Below are positions 63,741 to 64,000 of a stretch of DNA of 64,000 nt, in pieces. Each line of letters starts with the position of its first letter. The first letter of the stretch is position 1. The notes beneath the pieces are model-generated. The model was not told the origin of the DNA. It was given only the letters and a program-made list of their open reading frames with translations, and did not search any database. The stretch is taken from NCBI RefSeq assembly GCF_006345805.1, contig NC_043016.1:24118001-24182000 (forward strand), in the 5' to 3' direction. A program made the translations under genes and the position numbers. This DNA is from Octopus sinensis (taxonomy: Eukaryota).

Positions 63741-64000
63741 TTTTCACTTAATAATTTTACTCAATGACTTTTTTTCCTTCCATGAGTGTCAACCTAATAT
63801 CAACTGTGAACATTCCTTGCATTTTTTTTTTTGCTTTTTGTAATTTAATTTGCTATATTTAATGTGTGTGTGTGTGCGCACACATTTTTATGTATGTATT
63901 ATATATAACAACAGCAAAATTACTGTTGCATCACTGTCAATGAAATTATATACAACTTTACACTTATAATGAGTCCCTTCCTTCAGTTTGTTTAGATTTT

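Noticed and set aside
62930-63767. Many long ORFs rich in Y/I/H/T/C/V (also at 0.4, 3.4, 27.6, 49.3, 51.4, 58.1 and 62.1 kb)
   Set aside because: They are translations of (TA)n/(CA)n/(TG)n microsatellites, which lack stop codons.

Overview
This is an AT-rich, microsatellite-laden animal genomic window. It is very probably cephalopod (Octopus-like), inferred from the SINE families and repeat style and not verified by search. It is almost entirely transposon debris: four tRNA-headed SINE families (A-D here), RTE, CR1/L2 and R4/Dong LINE fragments, three mariner elements, piggyBac-type MITEs, Helitron/HINE remnants and two kinds of Penelope-like elements (PLEs). I recognise no known host gene. 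Several minus-strand segments with canonical splice sites join in phase into two small ORFs (56 aa and 68 aa), and two plus-strand exon candidates also join in phase; all are tentative. The most striking system is a family of PLE-derived elements carrying minimal type I hammerhead ribozymes (shared stem II GTCACA/TGTGAC) in fold-back arrangements. These are a 3.7-kb element with ~550-bp inverted arms around a GIY-YIG endonuclease, a copy with a canonical CTGATGA core, and a 186-bp palindrome made of two ribozyme-derived arms. A second, unrelated hammerhead follows another GIY-YIG fragment at 40.7 kb. Other highlights are a SINE/LINE pair sharing a covarying 3' hairpin, Dong elements sitting in SINE (ATT)n tails, a GC/CpG-rich CR1 that may be horizontally acquired, and a 109-nt bulge-free hairpin. 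Coordinates marked ~ are read by eye; nothing was computed or searched.
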